Origin: an uncultured bacterium
GTDB lineage: Bacteria > Zhuqueibacterota > QNDG01 > DTFT01
Reading direction: 5' to 3'
Assembly (NCBI GenBank): GCA_963736115.1
Contig: CAVTNR010000014.1
Span: 1-64,000 of the forward strand
DNA length: 64,000 nucleotides
Part shown: positions 12,918 through 23,727 of the stretch, piece by piece
Layout of the letters: the number at the start of each line of letters is the position of its first letter
Numbering within the stretch: the stretch's first letter is position 1
Notes under the pieces: generated by a model
Seen by the model: the letters and a program-made list of their open reading frames with translations, nothing else
The model's database searches: none
What the model was told of the DNA's origin: nothing
Made by a program: the position numbers and the translations under genes

Positions 12918-14306
12918 GTGAACCTGACCCTGGCCGACATCGCGCGGCTGCTTCACCAGACATTCGATCCGGACCGGGATGTCCGCGTGACGGGCGTTTC
13001 GGTCGATTCCCGCGTCGTCCGGCCGGGCGATGTATTTTTCGCCCTGCCGGGCGACCGTGCGGACGGCCATGCTTTCACGGCCGACGCCTTCGGCCGGGGC
13101 GCCGTGGCCGCGGTCGTCGATGCCGCGCGGACGGACATCCCCGACGCGCTTCCGGACTGCTGGATGTTCCGGGTCCCCGGCGTCCTCGCCGCCCTGCAGG
13201 ATCTGGCCGCCGGATACCGCGCGGAATTTTCCATGCCGGTCGTGGCGGTCACGGGCACGAACGGCAAGACCACGACCAAGGAGATGATCGCGTCTGTACT
13301 GTCCGGCCGTTTCCGGACGGCCAAAACAGAGGGCAATCTCAACAACCACATCGGCGTGCCGCTTTCCGTGTGCGCCTGGGACAAGAGCCGTGAGGCGGCG
13401 GTCCTCGAGATGGGCGCGAACCATTTCGGCGAGATCAGCCGGCTGTGCGAAATCGCGAAACCCACGCACGGCGTGATCACCAACATCGGCCGGGCGCACC
13501 TGGCGTTTTTCGGGGATGAAGACGGCGTACTGAAGGCCAAATCGGAACTGCTCGACTGGCTGTCCGCGGACGGGACGGCTTTCCTCAACGGGGACGACCC
13601 CCGGCTGGGGACTGTCCGGAACCGTGCCGCCCGCACCGTCACGTTCGGATTCGGCGGGGACTGCGATGTGACCGGCCGGAACCTGAGGCCCGATGCGGCC
13701 GGCATCTCCGGATTCGAACTCGACGGCCGCCGGTACCGCGTTCCCCTGCCGGGCCGCCACAACCTGACCAACGCACTGGCGGCCGCGGCTGTCGGGCTCG
13801 CCTTCGGCGTGGATGCCGAGGCCGTGCAGGACGCGCTCGGCCGCTTCACGCCGCCGGGCCTGAGGACCGAGGTTACGGATGCGGGCGGTGTGGCCGTGAT
13901 CAACGATACCTATAACGCCAATCCCTCCTCCGTCGAACAGGCCGTGCTCGCGCTGAAATCCATGTCCGGCCTGAAGCGGCGCGCCGTGGCCCTCGGCGAC
14001 ATGCTGGAACTCGGGGACAGGAGCGACGAGGAGCACCGCAGGACCGGCGCCTTTGTCGCGGACATCCGGCCGAATCTCTTTCTCTGCTGCGGGCCGGCCA
14101 TGCGGGTTGCGGCGGAAGCGGCAGTCGAAGCGGGCATGCGCAACGTGCGGCATTTCGAAAGCACGGAGGGCATGGCCGGCGCCCTGGCCGAATGGGTGCG
14201 TGAGGGCGACGGTGTCCTGATCAAGGGAAGCCGGGCCATGAAAATGGAGACGGTGGCGTCGGAACTGATCGGGTTCCTGCGGCTCCCGTCCGGAATCGGA
14301 GGCTGA
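12918..14306 (+). CDS. murF: UDP-MurNAc-tripeptide:D-Ala-D-Ala ligase
   Basis: GNLNNHIGVP, LEMGANHFGEI, NDTYNANP, GDMLELG, KGSR. Confidence 0.95.
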   Translation: MNLTLADIARLLHQTFDPDRDVRVTGVSVDSRVVRPGDVFFALPGDRADGHAFTADAFGRGAVAAVVDAARTDIPDALPDCWMFRVPGVLAALQDLAAGYRAEFSMPVVAVTGTNGKTTTKEMIASVLSGRFRTAKTEGNLNNHIGVPLSVCAWDKSREAAVLEMGANHFGEISRLCEIAKPTHGVITNIGRAHLAFFGDEDGVLKAKSELLDWLSADGTAFLNGDDPRLGTVRNRAARTVTFGFGGDCDVTGRNLRPDAAGISGFELDGRRYRVPLPGRHNLTNALAAAAVGLAFGVDAEAVQDALGRFTPPGLRTEVTDAGGVAVINDTYNANPSSVEQAVLALKSMSGLKRRAVALGDMLELGDRSDEEHRRTGAFVADIRPNLFLCCGPAMRVAAEAAVEAGMRNVRHFESTEGMAGALAEWVREGDGVLIKGSRAMKMETVASELIGFLRLPSGIGG

Positions 14307-14308
14307 CC

Positions 14309-15397
14309 GTGCTCTATCATCTGCTCTACCCGCTCCGCGACCGGTTCATCGGCTTCAACCTTCTGGGCTATATCACTTTCCGCTCCGCGGCGGCCGCTGT
14401 GACCGCCCTGCTCGTAGCCTTCATCGTCGGTCCGATCATCATCGGGCGGCTCCGCCGCCTGCAGATCGGGCAGGTGATCCGGACGGACGGCCCGGCCACG
14501 CATCACCAGAAGGCAGGCACGCCGACCATGGGCGGCCTCATTATCATCTGCGCCGTGCTCGTTCCCGTGCTCCTGTTCGCCCGGCTGGACAACCTGTACA
14601 TCCGGCTCCTCATCGGCACCACGGTGTGGATGGGCGCGGTCGGATTTCTCGACGATTATCTCAAGGTCGTGCGCCGGGTTCCCAAGGGACTGATCGGCCG
14701 GTACAAGCTGCTGGGGCAGTGTATCTGGGGGCTCCTTGTCGCGGGAGTGGTCACGGTGTCCCCGGAATTTCAGGGTGTGGAGTGGTCGACCATGATGCCC
14801 TTTTTCAAGAACGTGATGGTCTATTTCGGGGTGTTCTACCTGATCTGGGTCGTGCTCGTGATCGCCGGCACTTCGAACGCCGTGAACCTCACGGACGGAC
14901 TGGACGGACTGGCCATCGGGCTGGTGGGCATCGCCGCGTTCGCATTCGCGGGCATGAGCTATGTGACGGGCCGAGTGGACTTCAGCCATTATCTGTCCAT
15001 CCAGTACTTCAAGGGCGCGGGGGAACTGACCGTGTACTGCGCGGCGCTGGTCGGGGCCTGCCTGGGTTTTCTCTGGTTCAACTGCTTTCCGGCGACGGTG
15101 TTCATGGGCGATACGGGCTCGCTGGCCCTGGGCGGCGCGCTCGGGACCATGGCTGTGCTGCTCAAGAAGGAAATCCTGCTGATTATCGTGTGCGGCGTGT
15201 TCTGGATGGAGAACATCTCCGTGATCCTGCAGGTCGCCTCGTTCCGGTGGCGCAGGGGGAAACGGATATTCAAGATGGCGCCCATTCACCATCACTTTGA
15301 GCTTTCCGGATGGCCGGAGGAGAAGGTCGTGGTGCGGTTCTGGATCATCGGGATTCTGCTTGCATTATTGAGCCTCGGGACGTTCAAGGTGAGGTGA
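14309..15397 (+). CDS. mraY: Phospho-MurNAc-pentapeptide transferase
   Basis: KAGTPTMGG, GFLDDY, NAVNLTDGLDGL, FMGDTGS, MAPIHHHFE. Confidence 0.97.
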   Translation: MLYHLLYPLRDRFIGFNLLGYITFRSAAAAVTALLVAFIVGPIIIGRLRRLQIGQVIRTDGPATHHQKAGTPTMGGLIIICAVLVPVLLFARLDNLYIRLLIGTTVWMGAVGFLDDYLKVVRRVPKGLIGRYKLLGQCIWGLLVAGVVTVSPEFQGVEWSTMMPFFKNVMVYFGVFYLIWVVLVIAGTSNAVNLTDGLDGLAIGLVGIAAFAFAGMSYVTGRVDFSHYLSIQYFKGAGELTVYCAALVGACLGFLWFNCFPATVFMGDTGSLALGGALGTMAVLLKKEILLIIVCGVFWMENISVILQVASFRWRRGKRIFKMAPIHHHFELSGWPEEKVVVRFWIIGILLALLSLGTFKVR

Positions 15398-15421
15398 AAA
15401 ATCCGGAACCCGGAACGTGAG

Positions 15422-15492
15422 AATGTCCGATAGCCTCGCTGAGAAGCATGCCCCGGACTTGATCCGGGGACGCTCGGCATATCGGACCTACA
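15422..15492 (-). repeat. GTAG-type REP-like hairpin, copy 1, with nested CCCCGGA-CTTGA-TCCGGGG palindrome
   Basis: Minus strand TGTAGGTCCGATATGCC...GGCTATCGGACATT; homologous to 51535-51584. Confidence 0.7.
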
Positions 15493-15510
15493 AACAGTCA
15501 TTTTTTTCTT

Positions 15511-15537
15511 TGAACCATGAACTATGAACTATGAACT
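15511..15537. repeat. Heptamer element locus 1: solo right arm
   Basis: T tract then TGAACC ATGAACT ATGAACT ATGAACT; no left arm seen. Confidence 0.85.
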
Positions 15538-15744
15538 TTTTTGAGGGAGCCCAGCCATGAAATCCAGCCAGCGCTCCTGTCCCGTGCGGCACGACAGCCG
15601 GTTTTTTTCACTGCGCCTCTGCGAGGGATGCATGAAATCCGGATGCCCTGAATTTGAAACCGCCGATACGCAAAGCCCGGCTGTCCAATCTGCATGGCCG
15701 CCGGTCTACATGGAACCGGTTTACGCCGAGTGTGAAAACCGAGA

Positions 15745-17130
15745 ATGACGGATCATAGGAAAATCGTCTTCGGACCCGACTGTGTCCCCGGATCCCGCGT
15801 CACGGTCCTCGGCGCGGCCCGGAGCGGACTGGCCGCGGCTGAATTGCTCAGGCGGCACGGCGCGTCCGTGTTTCTGAGCGAATCCGCGCCGGCCGCGGAT
15901 TTGGCCGAAGCGGTTCAGCGGCTTTCAGCCGCGTCCATTCCGGCGGAGTTCAACGGCCATTCCGACCGCGCGTTTGAAGCGGACTGGATTCTGGTCAGCC
16001 CCGGCATTCCGCCGCATGCGGCCGCGCTGAAAACCGCACGGGATAAAGGGATCCCGGTGGCGGGCGAACTGGAAGCCGCTTCCTGGTATTGCCGGGCGCC
16101 CATCGTCGGAATCACCGGGTCCAACGGCAAATCCACGGTGACCGCGCTGACGGGTGAAATCCTGAAAGCCGCGGGGCTGCCCGTGGTCGTGGCCGGCAAC
16201 ATCGGCCGGGCTTTTTCCGAGGACGCGGAGAAAGCGGCGCCCGAAGGGGTTGCGGTGATCGAAGTGAGCAGTTTTCAGCTGGAAACGGCGCACACCTTCC
16301 GGCCGAGGGTCGCGATTTTTCTCAATCTCACGCAGGATCACATCAATTGGCACGGTTCCTTCGAGGCCTACGGACGCGCCAAGGCCGGGATATTCCAGAA
16401 CCAGACCGCGGAGGACACACTCGTCTATTTCGCCGCGGATGCAGGCGTGGCCCGGCTCGCGGCTTCCGCACGGTCCAAACGGGTTTGTTTCGACTTCGCG
16501 TCGTCCGGAGATCCGTGCGGCTTCGTCCGTTCGGGCATTCTGATGCTCCGCGAATCGGGCGCGGAGACCGAACTCCTCCCGGTGGACAGCCTCGGGATAC
16601 GCGGCGAGCACAATGTCCTGAACGCGCTGGCTTCCGCGCTGGCGTGCCGGGCGCTGAACGTTCCTCTGGAGCCTATCCGCCGGACGCTCCGTGCGTTCCG
16701 CGGACTGCCGCACCGGCTCGAATTCGTGCTCGAAAGCGGCGGTGTCGCCTGGATCAACGACTCCAAGGGAACCAATGTCGACTCGGTCCGGTACGCGCTG
16801 GGCAGTGTCGCCCGGCCGGTCGTCCTCATCGCCGGAGGCAGGGACAAGGACTCGGATTTCACGGTGCTGAGGGACGGACTGAAGTCTGCCGCCCGCGCCG
16901 TCATTCTGATCGGCGAAGCGGCCGGCAAGATGGAGAAGGCCTTTACGGGCGCCTGCCCGACGGTGCGGGCCGGATCGCTCCGGGAGGCGGTGGCGCAGGC
17001 CCGATCGCTGGCGCGTCCCGGCGACGCCGTTCTGCTGTCGCCTGCCTGCGCGAGTTTCGACATGTTCCGAAATTTCGAGGACCGGGGCGACCAATATAAG
17101 GCCCTGGTTCGGGAGGGGACAGGTCCATGA
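15745..17130 (+). CDS. murD: UDP-MurNAc-L-Ala:D-Glu ligase
   Basis: GAARSG, ITGSNGKST, EVSSFQLE, HRLE, NDSKGTN, LSPACASFD. Confidence 0.96.
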   Translation: MTDHRKIVFGPDCVPGSRVTVLGAARSGLAAAELLRRHGASVFLSESAPAADLAEAVQRLSAASIPAEFNGHSDRAFEADWILVSPGIPPHAAALKTARDKGIPVAGELEAASWYCRAPIVGITGSNGKSTVTALTGEILKAAGLPVVVAGNIGRAFSEDAEKAAPEGVAVIEVSSFQLETAHTFRPRVAIFLNLTQDHINWHGSFEAYGRAKAGIFQNQTAEDTLVYFAADAGVARLAASARSKRVCFDFASSGDPCGFVRSGILMLRESGAETELLPVDSLGIRGEHNVLNALASALACRALNVPLEPIRRTLRAFRGLPHRLEFVLESGGVAWINDSKGTNVDSVRYALGSVARPVVLIAGGRDKDSDFTVLRDGLKSAARAVILIGEAAGKMEKAFTGACPTVRAGSLREAVAQARSLARPGDAVLLSPACASFDMFRNFEDRGDQYKALVREGTGP

Positions 17131-18272
17131 CCAGCCGTCATCCGATGGATAAAATTCTCCTGCTGGCGGTGCTCGCCCTGCTGACGATCGGGTGCCTCAT
17201 GATCTACAGCGCGAGCGCGTTCTGGAGCGCGGACCGGAACCAGGATAATTACAGCGCGATTCTCATGCGGCACCTCATGCGGGTGAGCCTCGGACTGTTG
17301 ATCATGGTCGCGGTTTCGCGGATCGACTACCACCGGTACCGGTCCTGGGCCCCGGTCCTGCTGGCGGTGTTCGCCGTTCTGCTGGTGGCGGTGCTCTTCA
17401 CGCCGCGGTTCAGGGGTTCGAGCCGGGCGTTTTCTCTGCCCATGGGCCGGTTTCACCCGGCGGAATACATGAAACTGGTGATGGTGCTCTTCCTTTCCTC
17501 CGTTCTGGCCCGGACGCCTCCGACCCGGGACCTCATGGACCGCAGACTGATGGTGCATTACGGCATTCTGCTCGGCGTGACGACGCTGGTGCTGGTCGAG
17601 CCCGACCTGGGCACTGCGTCCGTTCTATTTGCCGCCGGTATGGTCCTTTTCTACCTGGCAGGCACGCCCGGAGACAGGCTCGCGAAAATGGCGCTCGTCG
17701 TCTCGCCATTCGTCTGCATCGGCATGGCGGTGAACGGCTATCAACGGGAGCGACTCGTCGATTTCGCGCGGTCCAAGGCCGGGCTGGAGCCCCTTCCGTA
17801 CCAGGTCAAGCATTCGCTCATCGCCCTGGCGAACGGCGGCTGGCTCGGGCTCGGATACGGCGAGGGCCGGGCGAAGGACCTGTATCTGCCGGAGCCGTTT
17901 TCGGACTTCATTCTCGCCACGCTGGGCGAGGAATTCGGGTTCGTCGGAGTCTGCGTCCTGTTCGGCGTCGTCGCGATCCTGCTCTGGCGCGGGACGCGCA
18001 TTGCCCTGCACGCGCCGGACCGTTTCGGCTTTCTGGCCGCCGCCGGAATCACCTCGCTTCTCCTGATCAATGCGCTGATCAACGCCGGTGTGGTATTGCA
18101 TCTGATCCCCACGACCGGCCTGCCGTTTCCGTTCGTCAGCTACGGCGGTTCGTCCCTGTTCGTTTACATGGCCGGAATGGGCGTTCTGCTGAACATTTCC
18201 GGCCAGGCGGTTCCATCGTTCCACCAGTTCACCACGGAAAGGGGCCGTATCCGGTGGCCCGAGTTGCGTTAA
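17127..18272 (+). CDS. ftsW: SEDS peptidoglycan glycosyltransferase
   Basis: YSAS, EPDLGT, YLPEPFSDF, PTTGLPFPFVSYGGSS. Confidence 0.93.
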   Translation: MTSRHPMDKILLLAVLALLTIGCLMIYSASAFWSADRNQDNYSAILMRHLMRVSLGLLIMVAVSRIDYHRYRSWAPVLLAVFAVLLVAVLFTPRFRGSSRAFSLPMGRFHPAEYMKLVMVLFLSSVLARTPPTRDLMDRRLMVHYGILLGVTTLVLVEPDLGTASVLFAAGMVLFYLAGTPGDRLAKMALVVSPFVCIGMAVNGYQRERLVDFARSKAGLEPLPYQVKHSLIALANGGWLGLGYGEGRAKDLYLPEPFSDFILATLGEEFGFVGVCVLFGVVAILLWRGTRIALHAPDRFGFLAAAGITSLLLINALINAGVVLHLIPTTGLPFPFVSYGGSSLFVYMAGMGVLLNISGQAVPSFHQFTTERGRIRWPELR

Positions 18273-18282
18273 GGAGCGCCGC

Positions 18283-19371
18283 GTGCGTGTGATTCTGACC
18301 GGCGGCGGAACGGGGGGGCATCTGTACCCCGCGCTGGCCGTTGCCGAGGAAATCAAAAAACAGACATCCTGCGAGTTGCTCTTCATCGGCACGCGACGGG
18401 GCCTTGAAGCCTCGGTCGTGCCCGGCCTGGGCATCCCGTTCAGGACGGTCTGGATCGGCGGGCTCAAGCGGGGCCGCATCGCCGCGAACCTGACATTTCC
18501 ACTGAAAATGGCTGTTTCTCTCATACAGGCGCTCTTCCTGTGCGTCCGATTCAGGCCCGACGCGGCCGTCGGCACCGGGGGATATGTGAGCTGGCCGGTC
18601 ATTACGGCGGCCTCGATTCTGGGATGCTACACGGCCGTCCAGGAACAGAACGAAAAGCCGGGGCTGGTCACGCGCCTGCTCGGACGGCGTGCCGACGCCG
18701 TGCATCTGAGTTTCGAATCCTCATCCCGTTTTTTCCGGAACCGTGAACGTCTGCATGTCAGCGGTAATCCCACGCGTCCGGAAGTGGAAAAGCCGAGGAC
18801 GGAGGCCGTGTATCGGCTTTTCGGCCTCAGTCCGGACCGGTTCACGATCCTGGTGTTCGGCGGCAGTCAGGGCGCGAGGAGCCTGAACGAGGCATTCACC
18901 GCGATCGCGCCGTCCCTCATTGAGCGGACGGGCAGTCAGATTCTGTGGGCCGCCGGTCCGCGCTGGCACGATTCCCTGAAACCGGCGGCGGAAGCACTGG
19001 CCGGCCGGGCCGCGGTTCTGCCGTATCTGGCCGATATGGGAAGCGCCTATGCCGCGGCCGACCTGGTGGTGTGCCGGTCCGGCGCGGGGGCTGTGGCGGA
19101 AATCGCGCGGCTCGGGAAACCGGCCGTTTTCGTGCCCTTTCCGGGCGCCGCGGACGGACATCAGGAGGCCAATGCGGCCGTGCTGGCCGCGGCCGGCGCC
19201 GCGAGAATGGTCAGGGAAGGGGAGGGATTCGCCGGTCGGCTTGAGACGGAAATCCTCGGTCTGGCCGCGGATCGTGACAAGCGGCTGTCTCTCGGGCTGA
19301 AGGCCTCGGCCTTCGGCCGGCCGGAGGCGGCCCGGGCCATCGCCCGTCAGATCATCGAGGGAGCGTCATGA
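18283..19371 (+). CDS. murG: Lipid II synthase MurG
   Basis: TGGGTGGHLYP, GGYVS, EQN, GGSQGA, HQEANA. Confidence 0.96.
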   Translation: MRVILTGGGTGGHLYPALAVAEEIKKQTSCELLFIGTRRGLEASVVPGLGIPFRTVWIGGLKRGRIAANLTFPLKMAVSLIQALFLCVRFRPDAAVGTGGYVSWPVITAASILGCYTAVQEQNEKPGLVTRLLGRRADAVHLSFESSSRFFRNRERLHVSGNPTRPEVEKPRTEAVYRLFGLSPDRFTILVFGGSQGARSLNEAFTAIAPSLIERTGSQILWAAGPRWHDSLKPAAEALAGRAAVLPYLADMGSAYAAADLVVCRSGAGAVAEIARLGKPAVFVPFPGAADGHQEANAAVLAAAGAARMVREGEGFAGRLETEILGLAADRDKRLSLGLKASAFGRPEAARAIARQIIEGAS

Positions 19372-20771
19372 CGAAAACAGGGGACCGCAGGCCCATTCTC
19401 GGACGGACCCGGCGCGTCCATTTCACCGGCATCGGCGGCATCGGCATGAGCGGCATCGCCGAAGTGCTGATCAACCTGGGATTCACGGTCACGGGGTCCG
19501 ACCGGGTCCTATCGCCGATCACGGAGCATCTCCGGTCACTGGGCGCGGACATCCGCGAGGGTCATTCCGGAGACGCGGTCCGCGACGCGGACGTCGTTGT
19601 CATTTCCTCCGCGGTCCGGCCGGACAATCCCGAGGTGATCGCCGCGCATGACCTGAAAATCCCCGTCATCCGCCGCGCCGAGATGCTCGGCGAGCTCATG
19701 CGCATGAAGCAGGGCATCGCCGTCGGGGGCACGCACGGCAAGACGACGACCACATCGATGATCGGGCTCGTCCTTCAGGAGGGCGGGTTCGATCCGACCC
19801 TCATCGTGGGCGGCCGGCTCAAGAGCCTGAAGACGAACGCCCGTCTTGGAGAGGGGGACTACCTGGTGGTCGAGGCAGACGAATTCGACCGGTCCTTCCT
19901 CAGCCTGACCCCGACGGTGGCCGTGGTCACCAATATTGAGAGCGAACACCTCGACTGCTACAAGGACCTCGACGAGATCAAGCGCACCTTCGTCTCCTTC
20001 GTCAACAAGGTGCCTTTCTACGGGGCCGCGGTGCTGTGCCTGGACGAACCCGCGATTCAGGAGATTCTGCCCCGCATCGAGCGCCGCATCATCACCTACG
20101 GGCTGACGCCGCAGGCGGACTGCCGCGCCGCGGATTCCGCCTTCCGGGAAACGCTCAGCGAATTCACCGCGGTCTGGCGGAACGAAAGCCTGGGGCGCAT
20201 CCGGCTGCAGCTGCCCGGACTCCACAATGTGAAAAACGCACTGGCCGCGGTGGCGGTCGGACTCGAACTCGAAATCCCGTTCGACTCGGTCCGGCGCGGG
20301 CTGGAGGAATTCACCGGCGTGCACCGGCGCTTCGAAATCAAGTCCGCGACCGGGGATGTGATCGTCGTCGACGATTACGCCCACCACCCGACGGAAATCA
20401 AGGCCACGCTACGCGCGGCCCGGACGGGATGGAACCGGCGCGTCATTGCGGTCTTCCAACCCCACCTGTACTCGCGGACGCGGGACTTCCACCAGGAGTT
20501 CGGCCAGTCGTTCTTCGACGCCGACATTCTGATTGTCACCGATGTGTACGGATCGCGAGAGGATCCCATCCCGGGCGTGAGCGGGGCGCTGGTGGCCGAC
20601 GCGGCCAAGGCCTTCGGCCACAGGCGCGTGGTCACGGTCCAGGACCCGGCCGCAGCGGCCGAAGCCGTGCTGGGAATCGTCCGGCCGGGAGACCTGGTCG
20701 TCACTTTGGGCGCAGGCGACATATACAGGGCCGGGGAAGCGGTGATCGCAGGACTCGGCGGGGGAAAATGA
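19368..20771 (+). CDS. murC: UDP-MurNAc:L-Ala ligase
   Basis: GIGGIGMSG, GTHGKTTT, EADEFD, DDYAHHPTE, FQPHLYSRT. Confidence 0.97.
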   Translation: MTKTGDRRPILGRTRRVHFTGIGGIGMSGIAEVLINLGFTVTGSDRVLSPITEHLRSLGADIREGHSGDAVRDADVVVISSAVRPDNPEVIAAHDLKIPVIRRAEMLGELMRMKQGIAVGGTHGKTTTTSMIGLVLQEGGFDPTLIVGGRLKSLKTNARLGEGDYLVVEADEFDRSFLSLTPTVAVVTNIESEHLDCYKDLDEIKRTFVSFVNKVPFYGAAVLCLDEPAIQEILPRIERRIITYGLTPQADCRAADSAFRETLSEFTAVWRNESLGRIRLQLPGLHNVKNALAAVAVGLELEIPFDSVRRGLEEFTGVHRRFEIKSATGDVIVVDDYAHHPTEIKATLRAARTGWNRRVIAVFQPHLYSRTRDFHQEFGQSFFDADILIVTDVYGSREDPIPGVSGALVADAAKAFGHRRVVTVQDPAAAAEAVLGIVRPGDLVVTLGAGDIYRAGEAVIAGLGGGK

Positions 20772-21688
20772 GCGCGAAAACGGACATGTTCCGGACGCTC
20801 AACCGGGCCGTGCGCGGCCGCCTGCTGGAGGATGAATCGCTGTCCGGCCACACCTCTTTCCGGATCGGGGGGGCCGCGGATTTCTGGTTTCTTCCGAAGG
20901 ACATCGAGGACCTGAGCGCCGGACTGAAAGCATGTACGGAGGACGGCGTTCCGGTGTTCGTCATCGGCCGCGGCACCAACCTGCTCGCGGCGGACGCTGG
21001 GTTCCGCGGCGTGGTGTTCGATCTCGCCGAAACATTTTCCGGAATGTCCGGTGAAGGGCCGGAAGTCAATGCGGGCGCCGGCGGCCTGCTCTGGGACCTG
21101 CTGAATTTCTGCGCCGCCCGGGGACTGTCCGGATTCGAGGCGCTCGCCGGCATACCGGGGTCCGTGGGCGGAGGCGTCCGGCTGAACGCCGGCGCATTCG
21201 GCCGGGAGATCCGTGACAACCTGGTGGACGTCATAGCCGTCGAGGCGGACGGGACCGTCACGGTCCGCGACCGCGATGCCCTGGCCATGGGATACAGAAG
21301 CACCGCCCTGCCCGAGGGGAGCGTCGTGGTGAGCGCCCGCTTCTCCTTCGAACCCGGCGATCCCCTCCGCATGAAGGCCGAACAGGAGGCCGTACTTGCC
21401 AGACGGCGCGAAAAACAGCCCCTGTCCATGCCGTCGGCCGGGTCCGTATTCAAGCGGCCGCCCGGGGATTTCGCAGGCCGCCTCATCGAGGACGCCGGGC
21501 TCAAGGGCCTGCGCATCGGAGACGCGATGGTGTCGGGCAAGCATGCCAATTTCATCGTCAATGTCGGATCGGCCAGCGCGTCGGACGTGAAGGCCCTCAT
21601 CGACGAAATACGCGGCCGCGTCCTCGCCCGCTTCGGCGTGACGCTCGAGCCGGAAATCCGATTCCTGGGATTCGGGGAGTCGGCGTGA
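20768..21688 (+). CDS. murB: UDP-GlcNAc-enolpyruvate reductase
   Basis: HTSFRIGG, GIPGSVGG..NAGA, QP..PSAGSVFK, KHANF; start chosen at the ATGA overlap with murC. Confidence 0.95.
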   Translation: MSAKTDMFRTLNRAVRGRLLEDESLSGHTSFRIGGAADFWFLPKDIEDLSAGLKACTEDGVPVFVIGRGTNLLAADAGFRGVVFDLAETFSGMSGEGPEVNAGAGGLLWDLLNFCAARGLSGFEALAGIPGSVGGGVRLNAGAFGREIRDNLVDVIAVEADGTVTVRDRDALAMGYRSTALPEGSVVVSARFSFEPGDPLRMKAEQEAVLARRREKQPLSMPSAGSVFKRPPGDFAGRLIEDAGLKGLRIGDAMVSGKHANFIVNVGSASASDVKALIDEIRGRVLARFGVTLEPEIRFLGFGESA

Positions 21689-21698
21689 AGGACGGTTC

Positions 21699-22442
21699 AT
21701 GAAAAAGTGGTTCCTGGCATTCCTTTTCTCCGTGACCGCGGCGGTATTTCTGTTCGCCGGTCTTCCGGCCTACCGCCGCTGGCTGCGGACCGATTCCTCG
21801 TTCCGCGTCCGCAGGGTCGTGGTGGAGGGAAATGACCTGATTCCCGCGGACGATGTGCTTCGCCGCGCGGATATACGGAAAGGCCGGACGATCTGGGCCG
21901 TTGACCGGCCGGCCGCGGAAAAACGCATTCTCCGCAATCCCTTTGTCGAGCACGTCACGGTGTACCGCGGATTCCCGGACATGGTCCGCGTCCGCGTCAC
22001 CGAGCGAAAGCCCGTGGTTCTGCTGAAAACCGGCGGCCGGTTCCACACGCTCGACCGGAACCGGGTTCTGATGCCGGCGCCCCCGGGCCGCTGCTACACC
22101 CTTCCGATTCTTTCCGTGGACGAAATGCCGGAAACCGCCCCGGGCGGCACCGTCGAGGATCCGCGGGTATCCGAAGGCCTGGCCTTCCTCGAATCGATGC
22201 TCCGGGACCGGCCCGGCCTGTACGGCCGGATCTCGGAAATCCGGCCCGATCCCAGGGAAGGCGTCATTCTCACCACTTCGAACGGGGGCATTCCGGTGCG
22301 GATCGGCCGCAACGGGTATGAATGGAAGGTGCGGTACCTGGAGGCCATTCTGAACGAACTGGAAACTCATCCCGCGTTAACCCATGCCTCGTACATCGAC
22401 CTTCGTTTCGAGGGCCAGGTGTTCGTGGGCTTCGGAGCCTGA
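21699..22442 (+). CDS. ftsQ: Cell division protein FtsQ
   Basis: TM helix, POTRA-like region, VTERKP, C-terminal YIDLRF; position before ftsA. Confidence 0.88.
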   Translation: MKKWFLAFLFSVTAAVFLFAGLPAYRRWLRTDSSFRVRRVVVEGNDLIPADDVLRRADIRKGRTIWAVDRPAAEKRILRNPFVEHVTVYRGFPDMVRVRVTERKPVVLLKTGGRFHTLDRNRVLMPAPPGRCYTLPILSVDEMPETAPGGTVEDPRVSEGLAFLESMLRDRPGLYGRISEIRPDPREGVILTTSNGGIPVRIGRNGYEWKVRYLEAILNELETHPALTHASYIDLRFEGQVFVGFGA

Positions 22443-22445
22443 GCC

Positions 22446-23710
22446 ATGATGCGATCCGCCCCGTCACGCACAAACGAGGACCGGCGTATCACCGCCGGTC
22501 TCGACATCGGAACCAGCAAGATCGCCCTGATCATCGGGGAACTGGAGCCGGACGGCGGCGTGTCCGTGCTCGGTGTGGGCACCAGCCCCTCGGTCGGCCT
22601 GCGGCAGGGCGTGGTGATCAATCTCGATCAGACCGTGGAGTCGATTCAGCGCGCGGTCCAGGAGGCCCAGCTGACCGCGGGATTCGAAATCCGCGAGGCC
22701 GTGGTCGGCATTTCCGGGGACCACATCCAGGGCGTCAACAGCCGGGGGTAGTGGCCGTCTCGGGCGCGGACCATGAGATCGTCCAGGGAGACGTGGACCG
22801 GGTGCTGGAGGCCGCCACGGCATTCAATCTCCCGAAGGACCGTCAGGTCCTGCATGTGCTCCGTCAGGAATTCCTGGTGGACAGCCAGGCCGGGATCAAG
22901 AACCCCATCGGCATTTCAGGCGTCCGCCTCGAGGCGGAGGTTCATATCGTCACCGGTTCGAGCACGATTTCGGAGAACATCGTCAAGGCCGTGGAAAAGG
23001 CCGGCATCACCGTCACGGATCTGGTGCTCGAGCCCCTGGCCTCGGGCGAGGCGGTGCTCGACGCGAATGAGAAACAGCTCGGGGTCGCCCTGCTCGACGT
23101 CGGCGGCGGGACCACCGATATCGTTCTCTTCTTCGACGAGGCGATCCGCCACACCGCGGTGATTCCGCTCGGCGGTCAGAACGTGACGAACGACATCGCC
23201 CTGGGCATGAAGACGCCGCTCGAGCAGGCCGAGGACATCAAGCGCAAGCACGGCTGGGCCTACCGCCCGCTCGCCCCGAAAAGCGAGCGCATCCTCGTGC
23301 CCGGCATCGGGAGCCGAAACGCGCGTGAAGCGACCCTCGACGTGCTGACCAGCGTCATTCAGCCCCGCATGGAGGAAATCTTCAGCCTCGCGGCCAAGGA
23401 AATCAAGCGTTCGGAATTCGCCGGCCGCCTGGCCGCCGGCGTGGTGCTCACGGGCGGCGGCTCCCTTCTGAAGGGCTGCGCCGAGCTGGCCGAGGAGGTG
23501 TTCGGCATGCCCGTGAGCGTGGGCGTTCCCAAGGGATTTTCCGGGCTCGTGGAATCCGCATCGAGCCCGGTGTTCTCAACGGGCGTGGGACTGCTGTTCT
23601 GGGGCCAGACCGGCGCGGGCGCGCCCGGCAAGGCAGTCCGGCATTCCCGGAAGGACCGGCTGGGCGGCATCGGCCGGTCGTTGAAACGGTTCATGAGCGA
23701 TTATTTCTAA
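22446..23710 (+). CDS. ftsA: Cell division protein FtsA (1-nt deletion in G run at 22744-22748)
   Basis: GLDIGTSK, then in the next frame GVRLEAEVH, DVGGGTTD, LTGGGS. Confidence 0.95.
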
Positions 23711-23727
23711 ATCGAAGGAGGTTCCGC

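Noticed and set aside
20768-21699. Absence of ddl from the dcw cluster
   Set aside because: A common arrangement; the gene is probably elsewhere in the genome.
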